This document shows positions 52,059-63,264 of a stretch of DNA of 64,000 nucleotides, in pieces. The DNA comes from a virus. Location of the stretch: positions 1 through 64,000 of IMG/VR virus record IMGVR_UViG_3300021518_000005. One strand, written 5' to 3'. Position 1 is the first letter of the stretch. Every line of letters starts with the position of its first letter. The notes under the pieces are model-generated. The model had not been told where the DNA came from and did not search any database. It was given only the letters and a program-made list of their open reading frames with translations. The translations under genes and the position numbers were made by a program.

Positions 52059-52553
52059 ACGCACTCCGCCTTGTTTCACCGCTTCTGTTGCGGCATTAAA
52101 CACTTCCAGGAAGCTTATCGGCCCTGATGCAACTCCACCTGTTGAGCCAACAGGATCACCGGCAGGACGCAACTTGCTGAAACTGTAGCCAACACCCCCG
52201 CCCGATTTGTGAATAAGTGCAGCGTTTTTCATGGTCTCGAAAATACCAGACATATCATCAGGAATATCCAACACATAGCAGGCGCTCATCTGAACCCCTG
52301 GCTTGCCTGCATTTGTCAGTGTTGGGCTGTTGGGCAGAAACTTGCGCGTTGCCATGATCTCGTAAAATGTGTTACGCCAGCGTAGTTTGTCTTGCTCACT
52401 TGCGCCATATACATCACGTTCAACATCACTTATTGCTGTAGCTACCCGTGCTAGCATATCCTCTGGCGTTTCCTGCGTGCCATCTTCATGCTTCCACAGA
52501 TAGCGCTTTGCCAAAATCTGCTCTGCGACATCCGTTAGTTCGATTCGTTGCAC
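52059..52553 (-). CDS. nrdJ: Class II ribonucleotide reductase, exon 1
   Basis: ILAKRYL, FLPNSPTLTNAG, SACYV, HKSGGGVG, GVASGPISF, VKQGG; GTG start after a GGGG RBS. Confidence 0.92.
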
Positions 52554-52740
52554 ACGTTCCCCCACTGTTCTTGTTTCATGCGCGCCCGATGGCGCTGGTA
52601 CCACTTGCGGCGTTCTTCTCGATGTGACTCGTAATAGCGTTTGTTTTTACATTGCGTGTATGCCGATGTACCTGCTAGTGCGCCACATCCGCATACGCAC
52701 AGACGGCGTTTATTCTTGATAGGTCTTCCCGTCGAATAGC

Positions 52741-53262
52741 TTAGATAAGATCCCACACTTCCAGAAGAGTCGCATGTTTCCATGGTAAATCCTTCTGCTT
52801 TTCTAGCTTCACCAACCATTCTAATTGCTCCGTATTATCATTCCAACACAACTTTGCTCGTTGACACGCATCTTTTGCTACTTTGTCAAATGCATCAGCA
52901 TCATGCTTGCGCGTTCCTTTCCCGTACAATACCGTCATCGAGATGCGGCGCTTTTGCGGTGCTGCTAGTGGTTTATATGCTATTTCAGTGCCGTAGACCT
53001 TAATCAGTACCTCCATATTTCGCTTACCTTCCTCACAGATGTATCGTGCGCCCTGACTGCCAACCCACTCATTTGCTGCCAATGGCCGAAAATCAGGAAT
53101 AAAGATACGCTGATAGGAATTTGGTACACACTGCAAGGACGTTGCATATTCTACGATAGTAGTAACATGTTGCGGCTGAAACAGCGCGTCAAGTACCGCA
53201 TTTGGTGTCAATGCCGGTATCGACTGTAGAATACGCTCTAATTGTGTGCGATGTGTATGCAT
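52741..53262 (-). CDS. RusA-like Holliday junction resolvase
   Basis: D.D...K...D......ND acidic motif resembling RusA. Confidence 0.5.
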   Translation of the reverse strand: MHTHRTQLERILQSIPALTPNAVLDALFQPQHVTTIVEYATSLQCVPNSYQRIFIPDFRPLAANEWVGSQGARYICEEGKRNMEVLIKVYGTEIAYKPLAAPQKRRISMTVLYGKGTRKHDADAFDKVAKDACQRAKLCWNDNTEQLEWLVKLEKQKDLPWKHATLLEVWDLI

Positions 53263-53564
53263 TACTCATTTTCACGACGAAGGCAAACAAGGATAAGCGC
53301 ATACGCAGCAAGATCCATGAGCGTATCGTCAATACTTTCCCCAACTTGCTCATTACGCGGATTCTTCCAGAGATTTGTTAGTCGCGCCCATTTATCAGAC
53401 ATGCGCGTAAGTACACCTGCTTGAGCAGAAACACCAAAGACCTCGCAGTTGCGGAAATTTGCCCACGAATCGGGATTATCACCGCTGTAACCTGCATTTT
53501 TGCGCTGATGCAGATCGGCCATATCCTCTAGGAGCTTCAAATACTCAGTTGAGACCATAACCAT
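53262..53564 (-). CDS. DUF1599 / nucleotide-modification-associated domain protein
   Basis: KNAGYSG...ANF, RMSDKWAR, ESIDDTLMDLAAY. Confidence 0.7.
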   Translation of the reverse strand: MVMVSTEYLKLLEDMADLHQRKNAGYSGDNPDSWANFRNCEVFGVSAQAGVLTRMSDKWARLTNLWKNPRNEQVGESIDDTLMDLAAYALILVCLRRENE

Positions 53565-53774
53565 CCTCTTGATCGATACCGTATTTACGCACAATACTAA
53601 AAACGACCGGCGCAATGTAGTCGAGTTGAAACGTAAGAATACCAATTGCTAATGGTGGACATATAGTACGAAACATATGCGCTAGGCCATGACCGATACG
53701 AAGAACAAGCCCACAACCCTGTAATAGCATGGAATCAGAGACAATACGTACAATCTGGATGTGTTTACACATAC

Positions 53775-54224
53775 CTACTCGCTCTCCAATCGAATACTTG
53801 CGCTTGGCTGATTACCTATCCCGTCAATGGTGCCAGCTTTGCGTAAATACTTCTTCACTCGTGTTGTGTTGATCTTGAGATCAACTAACAGTTGCCCATC
53901 AATAGCATACCCGTCTTGAATTAACTGTAACGCCAGATCAATGTACTCCCGTGTCCCCTCATCTGGCAATACAAGCTCACCGACACGATCCTCGACAAGT
54001 GTTACACCACCAAAAGCTTTAACACCACCTGCCTGCATGTCTTGTGTAAGTGTTGCACGCAAGGCGCGTTCTTCCGCCTTTAACTCATTGACTCGTGCTT
54101 TATACGGTGCTATTTCTTCCTCTACATCAGCTTTGATGTGTTTGATGTATTGCTCACTGTCCTTAATCGTTTTTACAACATCGCGCAAGCGTGCTACCTT
54201 TTGATGGAACACAAACTCACTCAT
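53775..54224 (-). CDS. Hypothetical coiled-coil protein (Gam/Gp157-like)
   Basis: N-terminal coiled coil; C-terminal KIN...VKKYL...G.IDG. Confidence 0.4.
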   Translation of the reverse strand: MSEFVFHQKVARLRDVVKTIKDSEQYIKHIKADVEEEIAPYKARVNELKAEERALRATLTQDMQAGGVKAFGGVTLVEDRVGELVLPDEGTREYIDLALQLIQDGYAIDGQLLVDLKINTTRVKKYLRKAGTIDGIGNQPSASIRLESE

Positions 54225-54440
54225 CGGTTTTAACCTGGAACTTTAATGCCTTATCGCCATAGAATACATCGTTTGCAAGCGCGGGCAGCTTCCAATTTCC
54301 TTGATGCTTCACGGGACGGCATGGTGCAGGACGCCCATGCACTTGCTCGAAAAATGCCATGACTTCTTCTGCTGAATACTCTCGCTTTGTCGTTACATAC
54401 GTGTGACAATAACTTTGCACCCATGCCGGTGTGTCTTCCA

Positions 54441-55235
54441 TTATGCAACCATCTCCTGTAGCATACGTTGACGCATCATGTCAACGTATTCCATATTACT
54501 ATCCCCGAGAAACATAGATCCATGCAGCCCTGGCACGCGCCATGCTGCTACACCCGTCGAACCAGAACCCGCAAACGGATCAACAATAAGCACACTCGTT
54601 TCTTTTGGTGTATACGCATCAATCAAAATTTGCAATAAGCTAATCGGCTTTCTACTTGGATGTTTCCATGTGGCACCGACCCATGTTTCAGCCGGTAGCA
54701 CGAAATAGTCACGAAGGTTCTTCAACGGCTCGCCTGTTACACCGATAAGTGGGTACCGTTCAGCGACTGTTTTATCGTAGTAACTCGATTGCTTCTTGCT
54801 ACCACGAATAACTAGCACGCTCTCTGTTGAAGCCGTGAATTGTGTTCCTGCCATGTTGGGATATGGATTGCTCTTGCACCAGTGCAGCGCCTGCACACAC
54901 CACATGCCAAGCTCATCTACAGCCCGTCGAATATGGTGCAGATTATGGATAAATGTCCCGAATACAAGAAGGTTGCCCCTCGTGGCAAGTACGCGCTGCG
55001 CTTCACGCATCCAATCCAGCGTGAATGCATAATAATCAGGAATAACATCCCATGCAGCGCGGAAATTCTGCCAATTCTTTGCCTTCATGACCTCACTGAA
55101 TGTATATTGCGCTGTTCTATCACCGTCGCCAATACCATACGGCGGATCGGTAATAATCAGATCAACACTTGTATCGACAAGACCGCGCAACAGATCGTCA
55201 GCTGTCGTACACTGAATATTACAAGCCAAACTCAT
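54441..55235 (-). CDS. N4/N6 DNA methyltransferase (beta class)
   Basis: ITDPPY, HPSRKP, VDPFAGSGST. Confidence 0.9.
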   Translation of the reverse strand: MSLACNIQCTTADDLLRGLVDTSVDLIITDPPYGIGDGDRTAQYTFSEVMKAKNWQNFRAAWDVIPDYYAFTLDWMREAQRVLATRGNLLVFGTFIHNLHHIRRAVDELGMWCVQALHWCKSNPYPNMAGTQFTASTESVLVIRGSKKQSSYYDKTVAERYPLIGVTGEPLKNLRDYFVLPAETWVGATWKHPSRKPISLLQILIDAYTPKETSVLIVDPFAGSGSTGVAAWRVPGLHGSMFLGDSNMEYVDMMRQRMLQEMVA

Positions 55236-55860
55236 GACGCACCTGCTCAGGAAGAATAAAACGTTGATCTTCTGGAATGGCTTGCACCATCAGGCCAGCA
55301 ACATGACGAATCTCAAAATGGGCATGACTTTCGGTGCGTAGCGCAGCAAAGTTAGCAAACGACCGCGCATTCATATGTACCACTGCGTTTGTTCGCCACG
55401 ACTCAGGAAGCAGATACTTTATTTCATCTTGCTTATACGACTGCTCTAGCAATTCATGCGCATGCGCCATAAAAGATACTGCCGTTTGATATACATACGC
55501 GGCAAGGGCATCATCGACAGTTCCATTGCGCATAGGTGTCACAAAGAACTCGTGAAGGTCTGCACCTTCCTGATGCTTCTGTAGTGCCTTGCGCAGTGTG
55601 TAGCGCGTGCTCTCAACTGAATAACTCGCGATGCGATGCCGTGTCATTTCCATCAAACACAGACGCGACATACCCCGAATGTCAAACCAGTACCCAAGAA
55701 ACTCCGCCTCACTCGTATGCTTTTTGACGGCAATAACCCGTTCAGCGCGCCCCTCAACTGGTTCGTGCTGATATGGCTTGGAGACAGCACGCTCGACAAC
55801 CCATGTGGGCGTGTGATGAAACAATTCGACTTCAATGTGCTGCATACAGGATATTTCCAC
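55219..55860 (-). CDS. thyX: FAD-dependent thymidylate synthase
   Basis: H.S..E, SR....EMTRHRIASYSVESTRY, MNARS, HAHFEIR. Confidence 0.92.
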   Translation of the reverse strand: MEISCMQHIEVELFHHTPTWVVERAVSKPYQHEPVEGRAERVIAVKKHTSEAEFLGYWFDIRGMSRLCLMEMTRHRIASYSVESTRYTLRKALQKHQEGADLHEFFVTPMRNGTVDDALAAYVYQTAVSFMAHAHELLEQSYKQDEIKYLLPESWRTNAVVHMNARSFANFAALRTESHAHFEIRHVAGLMVQAIPEDQRFILPEQVRHEFGL

Positions 55861-56229
55861 TCATCAATTCAATAAACAGTGTCTTTACAGTCTTGCCCTG
55901 CTCTGCAATTGTCCTTTTTGCTGCTTTATCGTGCGCTTGCTGGTACCGTTCCCGTAATGGTTGCTCGATAACAAGCCACAGCTCACAAATGACAGCACAA
56001 TGATCGACAATGGCACGATAGAGTTTGTTCTGAGCTGATTCCTCGCTTGTTGCCTCCAACTCACGTACACGCTTACGGCGCTCGTTATCACGCCACGATA
56101 TGATCTGTAATGCCTCCTGTAACTCATCTGATAATACCGGATCTTTGGCTTTGTGTTGCCGTGACATCATCCCCACAGCCATAGTATACCACCTTTTCTT
56201 CGTATCGTCAATTGATATTATAGTATGGA

Positions 56230-57654
56230 CTAATATCCTTCAGCTGCTCGATACGTATTAACACGATAATCATAACGATTCGGGATAATCGGCAATGTCC
56301 AGGAACCAAGACGGCCACCCATGCGATTTTTGAGTACCTGCCCGTGGATGGCCTTTTCCCATCCCTCTGGTACCGTGTCGTCATTACCGTCATGATGCCG
56401 TACTTCGGCTGTGCGCGGGTTGTACAACACCGTTTGCAGTGCTGTAATACCCCATGCATCTTGCTCAAGATGTCCTGATCCGCGCAACATTTCCTTGGTG
56501 TACTGTAACGGCCCACCTCCCTCGGATGTCGCATCCTTGCGACTACGATTTAACTGAAGATTGGCCCATATTGGCGTACCCGTGTCAGCAGCAATCTGCA
56601 TACACCATTTTGATGCAGCACTCGGTAGTTCAAATTCCCCAACAATACGACGCCCGCGTTCATCATCTACCTTAGCAATATTAAGATGATCAATTACTAG
56701 AAGATCAATCTCTCCCTTGACACGCAATTGTCGAACGTAGCTATAGACCTCGTTCAGGGTTCCAGCATCTTGGCCGGTAAGAAACCGAATATTGCCTATC
56801 CAGTCAGCAATCGACTCAAGTGCTGCCTTGACTGCTGCCGTCTCTGCTGCTGCAAGTGCAAAGTCTTCTGGCAGCATGCGTGCCATCACAAGTGATTTAT
56901 AGTCAATGCCGGTAATGCGGGTGATCAGCATATCAAGAAGATCTGTGGCGGTCATCTCCCATCCAAGCCACAAAATCCTACCACCAGCCTTCGCAAACTC
57001 ACACGCATACCACCAGGCAGCAACCGTTTTACCCGTAAATGGCGCAGCTGGAAAGAGATTGACAACACCCGGCAAAAATGGCGTTGCCGTAAACTCAGAC
57101 CCACCGCTCCATACAAAGAGCTTCGGGTACCGATCCCATGGCCCGGCCTTGCCATACTGCGAAACAATATCCGATCCCGACAAACCAGGATCTTTGGAGA
57201 CCACCGCAATACCAGCAATACGACTCAGGCCATCGCTAATAAGTGACTCAATAGAGCGCTCTGGTAACTGTACTTTCGCAATGAGGCTGTTGCAATGTTT
57301 TTGATATGATCGTCGCTGCGCGGCCTCAATAATACGATCTACGGCTGCCTGAATTTCGTGGACGGGAAGATTAAAGCATTGAAAATAGGGCTGTAGATCA
57401 CTTCTCGGCACACTGAGATAATCACTCATAGCGGCGGTTGACGCATATAGATACCGATTACCCTGACGAATCAGACCGGCGCGATAGATGCGCTCACTCA
57501 GGCTTTCACCGTCCTCGCTTGGTGCGAAACATCGAGCAATGGTATCGTTCAGGAACTGATCACGCTCATCATCAAACCTTGGACGCATCGCAACAGACGC
57601 AACAATCAACTCGGCTTCGGGCGCATAGAGAGGCGAAAGTATTTCGTTGCTCAT
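56230..57654 (-). CDS. DnaB-like (SF4) replicative helicase
   Basis: APEAE, Walker A APFTGKT, WEM, VIDHL, QLNR, LRGSGHLEQDA, KNRMG. Confidence 0.88.
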   Translation of the reverse strand: MSNEILSPLYAPEAELIVASVAMRPRFDDERDQFLNDTIARCFAPSEDGESLSERIYRAGLIRQGNRYLYASTAAMSDYLSVPRSDLQPYFQCFNLPVHEIQAAVDRIIEAAQRRSYQKHCNSLIAKVQLPERSIESLISDGLSRIAGIAVVSKDPGLSGSDIVSQYGKAGPWDRYPKLFVWSGGSEFTATPFLPGVVNLFPAAPFTGKTVAAWWYACEFAKAGGRILWLGWEMTATDLLDMLITRITGIDYKSLVMARMLPEDFALAAAETAAVKAALESIADWIGNIRFLTGQDAGTLNEVYSYVRQLRVKGEIDLLVIDHLNIAKVDDERGRRIVGEFELPSAASKWCMQIAADTGTPIWANLQLNRSRKDATSEGGGPLQYTKEMLRGSGHLEQDAWGITALQTVLYNPRTAEVRHHDGNDDTVPEGWEKAIHGQVLKNRMGGRLGSWTLPIIPNRYDYRVNTYRAAEGY

Positions 57655-57698
57655 AGCTGTATCTTACCATATCGGTATACAACATGCAAAAAAAAGAG

Positions 57699-58541
57699 CT
57701 AGAACGTGATCCCGTATCCTGGTAGTGGATCACCATGCCGTCGCGTGTTCATTTTCCGATAGTGTGCTTCACGATCCCAAATGTATGGCTTATGTTCCTC
57801 TTGCTTTTTCTCAGACTCAACTGCGCCATTCACGCGCCATCCACCAGCTTGATAGGCTTGAAGAAAATTATCAACATTGCCCGCGAAATATCCTTTGAGT
57901 GCTCCCTTTTTGACAATAGCCTTCCACAACTCAATATCGGTCACTGTCTCCGTAATAGCCCTCCGTTGCGGCCCGCTCACCTTGTAATACTCGGTTTCAT
58001 CATAAAACACCTGGACAGCAGGCGATACATCCTCACGCGGCTTACGCACCTTTTTAGACTTAGACGGTTCTTGCGCCTTTGGTTCCGGCTGTGCGTCTAG
58101 CTCCATCTGCACATCAGGTGCTGGCTCAGGTTGTGGCGGATGAGATGGCGCATCCATCACCTCAAACCAAAGCGCCATGAACACATCCCAATTGATACGA
58201 TAATGGTTTACGCGATGGCCGTTCTCAAGCATTCGAGCTTCGACTTCAACCCCTACCGCCTTGGCCTTCTCGATGCAGGCACGAACTTGCGACTCTGAAA
58301 GCTCCGTCGCTTCGGCCCATTGCTCATGTGAGTTGTAAACCCAACCCTCTTTATTTTTTGTAACACCAGACCAGAAGATGAGCTGCCAGAGCCAGACCGC
58401 CGTATCGTAATCTGCTCGATAGACGGGCTTATCAGCGTTTCGTTGCTCAAGTGCCTTCAAAAAGCGTACAATAGGCCGTGGCACCGTGAGCGTATTACCC
58501 TGTCCACCTAGTTGCTGAAATAATCTCACTGCCTGATTCAT
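57699..58541 (-). CDS. Phage replication initiator-like wHTH protein
   Basis: QLIFWS...GWVYNSHEQWAEATELS..QVR...HYRIN; located between primase and helicase. Confidence 0.6.
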   Translation of the reverse strand: MNQAVRLFQQLGGQGNTLTVPRPIVRFLKALEQRNADKPVYRADYDTAVWLWQLIFWSGVTKNKEGWVYNSHEQWAEATELSESQVRACIEKAKAVGVEVEARMLENGHRVNHYRINWDVFMALWFEVMDAPSHPPQPEPAPDVQMELDAQPEPKAQEPSKSKKVRKPREDVSPAVQVFYDETEYYKVSGPQRRAITETVTDIELWKAIVKKGALKGYFAGNVDNFLQAYQAGGWRVNGAVESEKKQEEHKPYIWDREAHYRKMNTRRHGDPLPGYGITF

Positions 58542-59555
58542 TTATAATCCCCTTTTTAACTTTAATGCTTTTGCCATATCCCAACCGGCATTCAGTGCGT
58601 CGTCAATCTTTAGTCCAGCCTGTACCATGGCATCAGGAAGATGGATAACCCTGGCATACCAGCCAACCGACTCCATAACACGCTGTACGAATTGCGCGCC
58701 AGCAGCATCAGGATCGGCAGCAATAAAGACATCGCCCGTAATGTATTCCGCCCATTCCGGCTTCCATTGCCCCTCACCTGTCGTTGGAGAGAGCACACAC
58801 ACATCGTAGTCTAAAAGTGCTTGTGCGACTCGAATCGCTTTAATCTCCCCACCAACAATAAAAAACAGCTTTGGCGAAGGACTTGTATAGATGCTGTACG
58901 GCACAGCAACAGCCCTCCCATCATCAGCGGGCTTCCAGGGCCGATACGCACGCTTGCCCTGTGTTGATCGCTTTCGAGCGCCCACATAGCCTTGTACGTC
59001 ATAATCCATCGGCGGCGTAATGGGAATTGTAGCCCAAGAGCGCCCATTCACATAGCCGCCCAACTTCAGATCATCCATTGTTGAGCGATGAATGCCACGA
59101 GACGCCCACCACGTCGATAACCATTCCTCATGCCCGTGCTCGTAGGTATGCGCAATGAAATCATCCAGATCTCGTGGCTCATAGCCACACACAGAGCAAA
59201 AGGCTGGTGAGTGCTCGTATTCTTCTTGTTGCTTTTTGGCCCTACCCGCACGATTTGGCTTTGGTAGTTCGCATCGCTCTATCGCGCCATTACTCAAGCG
59301 ATCAAGTACCTGCTTAAACGTCTCGCTATACTTCCACTGCGCAAAGTCAAATATATCGCCGTGTGCGCCGCAACCAAAACAATGATAGTGATCGCCATAG
59401 ATAGCAAGCGCCTCCGTGCGCGTGTTCTCGTGAAACGGACAAAAGGCCATAGCCGTTTTGCCTGTCATTTTTCCGAACTGCACACCATGCGCGGCCATAA
59501 AATCGGCTAAATCATAGCGGCGCTTCACATCATCTCGAATGTCGTTTGTGCTCAT
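58542..59555 (-). CDS. DNA primase (CHC2 zinc finger + TOPRIM)
   Basis: CPFH...HCFGCGAHGD; GGE..A; DPDAAG. Confidence 0.85.
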   Translation of the reverse strand: MSTNDIRDDVKRRYDLADFMAAHGVQFGKMTGKTAMAFCPFHENTRTEALAIYGDHYHCFGCGAHGDIFDFAQWKYSETFKQVLDRLSNGAIERCELPKPNRAGRAKKQQEEYEHSPAFCSVCGYEPRDLDDFIAHTYEHGHEEWLSTWWASRGIHRSTMDDLKLGGYVNGRSWATIPITPPMDYDVQGYVGARKRSTQGKRAYRPWKPADDGRAVAVPYSIYTSPSPKLFFIVGGEIKAIRVAQALLDYDVCVLSPTTGEGQWKPEWAEYITGDVFIAADPDAAGAQFVQRVMESVGWYARVIHLPDAMVQAGLKIDDALNAGWDMAKALKLKRGL

Positions 59556-59679
59556 GGATCATGCTCAATACATACACAGAAGAATGAGTAATCGGGGCGC
59601 GAAGTGAATGCGCCCCCACTTCTTACTATGCTACCATGTCCTGCTACTTGATCAACTGCAAGCCTCGTTATTTGGCTCT

Positions 59680-60096
59680 CTAAAAGGGAATATTTTCGTC
59701 TTCCACTTCCTCTACGGGCTTCGACTGATTACGCGGTGCAGGCCGATTTGCTGGTGCTTGTGGAGCAATAGCACCCTGTTCTTTAGAGTCCAGCAGTACC
59801 AACTTCGTTACACGCCACTTGATAGCGCTGCGATCCTGCCCTGTCTGCTTGTCGTTCCAAGTTTCTGTTTTCGGTTCAGCCTCAAAATAGATTTTTGAGC
59901 CTTTCTTCGTGTACTTGGACAGTACTTCTGCTAACTTATCCCACGCGACAATCGATAGCCATTCGGTGTATTTATTGTCACCATAGCCCAAATTTGCGGC
60001 GACGCTCACTGATGCCACCGCGTTCCCGTTTGCTGTATGTCGCAGCTCAGGATCGCTACCAAGATTCCCAATAGCCGATAGACTTGCGTATGACAT
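59680..60096 (-). CDS. ssb: Single-stranded DNA-binding protein
   Basis: IGNLGSDPELR, TEW, KKGSKIY, acidic DENIPF tail. Confidence 0.93.
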   Translation of the reverse strand: MSYASLSAIGNLGSDPELRHTANGNAVASVSVAANLGYGDNKYTEWLSIVAWDKLAEVLSKYTKKGSKIYFEAEPKTETWNDKQTGQDRSAIKWRVTKLVLLDSKEQGAIAPQAPANRPAPRNQSKPVEEVEDENIPF

Positions 60097-60306
60097 TCGT
60101 ATTTCTCCTGTTTGTGATGCGGCACATGCCGCGCTTATCTGTACGTCAACATCATATCATAACGTGATATTATTTGTCAAATAATTGCTCGATACAAAAA
60201 TACTCAGCATTACAAAGCCATGCACTCAAAGCGGAATATCATTTGACAACGTGAATTTCATGGATACAATACATATGGACATTTGTTTTTCTCACGAAAG
60301 GAACGT

Positions 60307-61332
60307 ATGGACGTATCGAGTAAACGTGCGCAATTTCGTAAGTTTTACGATTCACTTTCTGGTGCAGGGCTGCCGGAACATGAAATTCAGCGCATTATCA
60401 CCACACAAATGGATATTGCCGTGGGACGCTACCATGGCTACAAAACAGAACTCGGATTATCAAACGGTGGGCATGGCTATCATCGAGAGCCACAAGAGCG
60501 TATTGCTATCCCTCAGCCTGCACCGCGCCGATTTCCCGATCCCATTCGATTGCCAGATGAAAACGCGCTGATTGTTGGCGATCTCCATTGCCCGTATCAT
60601 CACTCACGACTGCTTGAAATTGCATTCCGCGTTGCACAGGCCATGGATATGGAGCGTATCGTATTCCAGGGTGACAGCCTGAATGCTGATGAGGTCTCAA
60701 CACACGAAAAAGATTTTTGGGTTGAAGATTTAGAGTTTGAAATGGCAACAAGCGGCGATGTACTGAAAGCTGCTGCACATCGTTTTAAGCAAGTCGTGAT
60801 CCTTCCTGGCAATCACGATCAGCGCATTGCAAAGCGCATGGATGCACATTTCCAGTTCAAGCGGCTGGTGCGTTCAATGATTGACGATGACTTGCCAGCT
60901 GAAATTTTAGTCAGTGAACACGATTGGATTAGCCTTGGAGAAACCTGGGATGTGGGGCATTTATCGCAATACAGCCGCATGGCTGGCAAGAAGGCTAGCA
61001 GTATCGGGAATACACGAAAACGCCACGTCGCAGTGGGGCATGATCACATGCAGGGCGCGGTGCTGACAAACGAAGGGTATTTAGGGGTTTCGGTAGGATG
61101 TATGCTTCATCCTGAGAAGTTTTTCTACAAAGAGCGGCGGCTAAACGATTATCCTGAATGGCAGAATGGTTTTTTGATTATCCGCGATGGAGCGCCGTAT
61201 TTGTTTAGTGAGTATGGTAGTTCGGTCTTGAACGGCTACGGCAAAAAGCCTTGGGCGTGGTGGGAAAGCATGTTAGGAATTGAACTTATGGAAGTGATGG
61301 AGGATGCCAAAGACGTACACCAAGCGGCGTAG
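60307..61332 (+). CDS. Calcineurin-like metallophosphoesterase
   Basis: GDLH, GD, GNHD and GHDH motifs. Confidence 0.85.
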   Translation: MDVSSKRAQFRKFYDSLSGAGLPEHEIQRIITTQMDIAVGRYHGYKTELGLSNGGHGYHREPQERIAIPQPAPRRFPDPIRLPDENALIVGDLHCPYHHSRLLEIAFRVAQAMDMERIVFQGDSLNADEVSTHEKDFWVEDLEFEMATSGDVLKAAAHRFKQVVILPGNHDQRIAKRMDAHFQFKRLVRSMIDDDLPAEILVSEHDWISLGETWDVGHLSQYSRMAGKKASSIGNTRKRHVAVGHDHMQGAVLTNEGYLGVSVGCMLHPEKFFYKERRLNDYPEWQNGFLIIRDGAPYLFSEYGSSVLNGYGKKPWAWWESMLGIELMEVMEDAKDVHQAA

Positions 61333-61606
61333 GCCGATACATCCCGATGCGCAATTACAACAATTAGCCTGGAATATGATTGTAGTCGCCATTAAAGATA
61401 TTGCCAAGCCGAAATTAACAAAATTTTATACAAACGCTGACTACGAACAAACAGTCGATGAAATTCTCGACTGGATAGGAACTAAGCATTTTTATGCCGT
61501 GTGTCTCGTAGCCGGACTTAATCCTGGCAAGGTTCGCGGCATTATCGAACAAGCAAGCGGTATCACGCCAGATTTTATACATAATGGCATGCCGTATTCA
61601 GTATAA
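61304..61606 (+). CDS. Hypothetical protein
   Basis: GGAGG RBS; followed by a hairpin terminator at 61609-61638. Confidence 0.55.
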   Translation: MPKTYTKRRRPIHPDAQLQQLAWNMIVVAIKDIAKPKLTKFYTNADYEQTVDEILDWIGTKHFYAVCLVAGLNPGKVRGIIEQASGITPDFIHNGMPYSV

Positions 61607-61640
61607 AACAAGGCCGGTAGATAATCCTACCGGCCTTGCT

Positions 61641-62024
61641 TTACTCTTCTGGCTTTTTGCGCGGGCGATACTGGCGATAGCATCGCACAAGATCATCGAC
61701 AAACACAAGCCGATCTCTATCGGTTAGTCCTTCAAGTACCGGCAAATGAATACGTCCCTTCCCTGGCTTGCCTTTTGTCCAGCTATCGATAGTCGCTGCC
61801 GGAACCTTCAACAAGCGGGCTGCACGCGGGATACTGATGATGTACGCCCCAAGCGTGCCAGCCTGGTATAACTGCTTCAAAAATCCAACAATCGGATCGC
61901 GATCAGGATCGTACTGATCAATATCGTACAATGGCCCTGATGGTTTCACATCATCACTGCTCATTACCGCACCCACATGCAGCACAACGCGGGGCTGCAC
62001 ACTAGACACTCGTTTTTGTTTCAT
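61641..62024 (-). CDS. HTH DNA-binding protein
   Basis: SIPRAARLLKVPAATIDSW. Confidence 0.55.
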   Translation of the reverse strand: MKQKRVSSVQPRVVLHVGAVMSSDDVKPSGPLYDIDQYDPDRDPIVGFLKQLYQAGTLGAYIISIPRAARLLKVPAATIDSWTKGKPGKGRIHLPVLEGLTDRDRLVFVDDLVRCYRQYRPRKKPEE

Positions 62025-62286
62025 ATTGTCTTATCAAGCCTGTATATGATACGCGGTCTTGCGCACCTTGTCAACGACCAATTAGCGCCGCTTGCCCTGT
62101 GGAGCCGCGTGCTTGAGTTCACGCCAGACATAAAACGAGATAAAGCCTACATCGGACTCGCTTAAATCTGCGGTGCTGTCGTCTCGAATAAGTCGATCAA
62201 TATCCACGAGTGCTAACTCAGCAGCAGCATCACCGATACTGGCGTACAATTCCAGAGCAAACAAATCACCAGCCTGAACAAGGACT

Positions 62287-63264
62287 TCATCTCGTGTCGT
62301 TCGCACCGTCTACCTCCTGGACATTCAGTAATCGTGTAATTGTCTGCTGATCGCGTGCTTCCTGGGCGCGCTGTTGCCGTTTCGAGACCGTTACCGGCCC
62401 CTGCTGCTCCATTTTTTTGCCAATCTTCATCAGCGCTTGCCCGCGTGCTGTGCTATACTGCTCTTCACTCAGCAGCGGCTCTCGTGGCACATCAAGTGCA
62501 TCCTCAATACTGCCCATCCATTCCCCAAGCACATCCGAATCTTTGAGTTGAAATTTAATGGCGCTTTTTGAGACTAATTCAAACCCGCCACCAAGATCAA
62601 TAAGTGTTTTCTGGATACCTTGATACAGTGCTTTCCCAAACAACGCAATCTGCTTGCGCTCTTCGGGAAGCAGTTCAGCCCAATTTTTCATACACAACAT
62701 TTGATACTGGATAAGCTGCGCCCGAAGCGAGGCAAGATCAGCCTTAATCATCATCTCGTAGCGTGTTACTTGATGCGCTTGATCAATGTGGCTCACAAAC
62801 TCTTTCATACTCACAGGAGTCCACACCAGTGCAGGCATGCCAATAAAGCCGACAACGCCAATAACAACCATCCAGACTTCCATCTGACTAGCAACGATTG
62901 CGGGCTGTGCAAGCCAGAACGAATACGACACATGCACACTGTACCCAAGCAGGACAAAAAACATCGTTGCAGCAGCGATTTGGCCGTATGTTTTGCTGCG
63001 TGTTTTAGCGAGCAGCATACCAGCCGGACTCCATGGCAAGAAAAAACTCGCTAGTCCTGGCGTACCAAATACAATGATCGCCGTGAATGCAACAGCGAGC
63101 ACCACATTACCGCCCATCAACATCCAATGAATAGCACCCCAATATGCTGCACTTGCACAAATACCAAGCGCAGCGAGCCAATGCAACAACGTTTGACTTG
63201 TCCACCCTTCATGACTTGCGCGCTCCCGTCGCGCATACTCTAGATAGCGTTGCAATCCCCCCAT
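62287..63264 (-). CDS. Multi-TM membrane protein with helical C-terminus
   Basis: Four hydrophobic segments; GGAG RBS before MGGLQR. Confidence 0.65.
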   Translation of the reverse strand: MGGLQRYLEYARRERASHEGWTSQTLLHWLAALGICASAAYWGAIHWMLMGGNVVLAVAFTAIIVFGTPGLASFFLPWSPAGMLLAKTRSKTYGQIAAATMFFVLLGYSVHVSYSFWLAQPAIVASQMEVWMVVIGVVGFIGMPALVWTPVSMKEFVSHIDQAHQVTRYEMMIKADLASLRAQLIQYQMLCMKNWAELLPEERKQIALFGKALYQGIQKTLIDLGGGFELVSKSAIKFQLKDSDVLGEWMGSIEDALDVPREPLLSEEQYSTARGQALMKIGKKMEQQGPVTVSKRQQRAQEARDQQTITRLLNVQEVDGANDTR

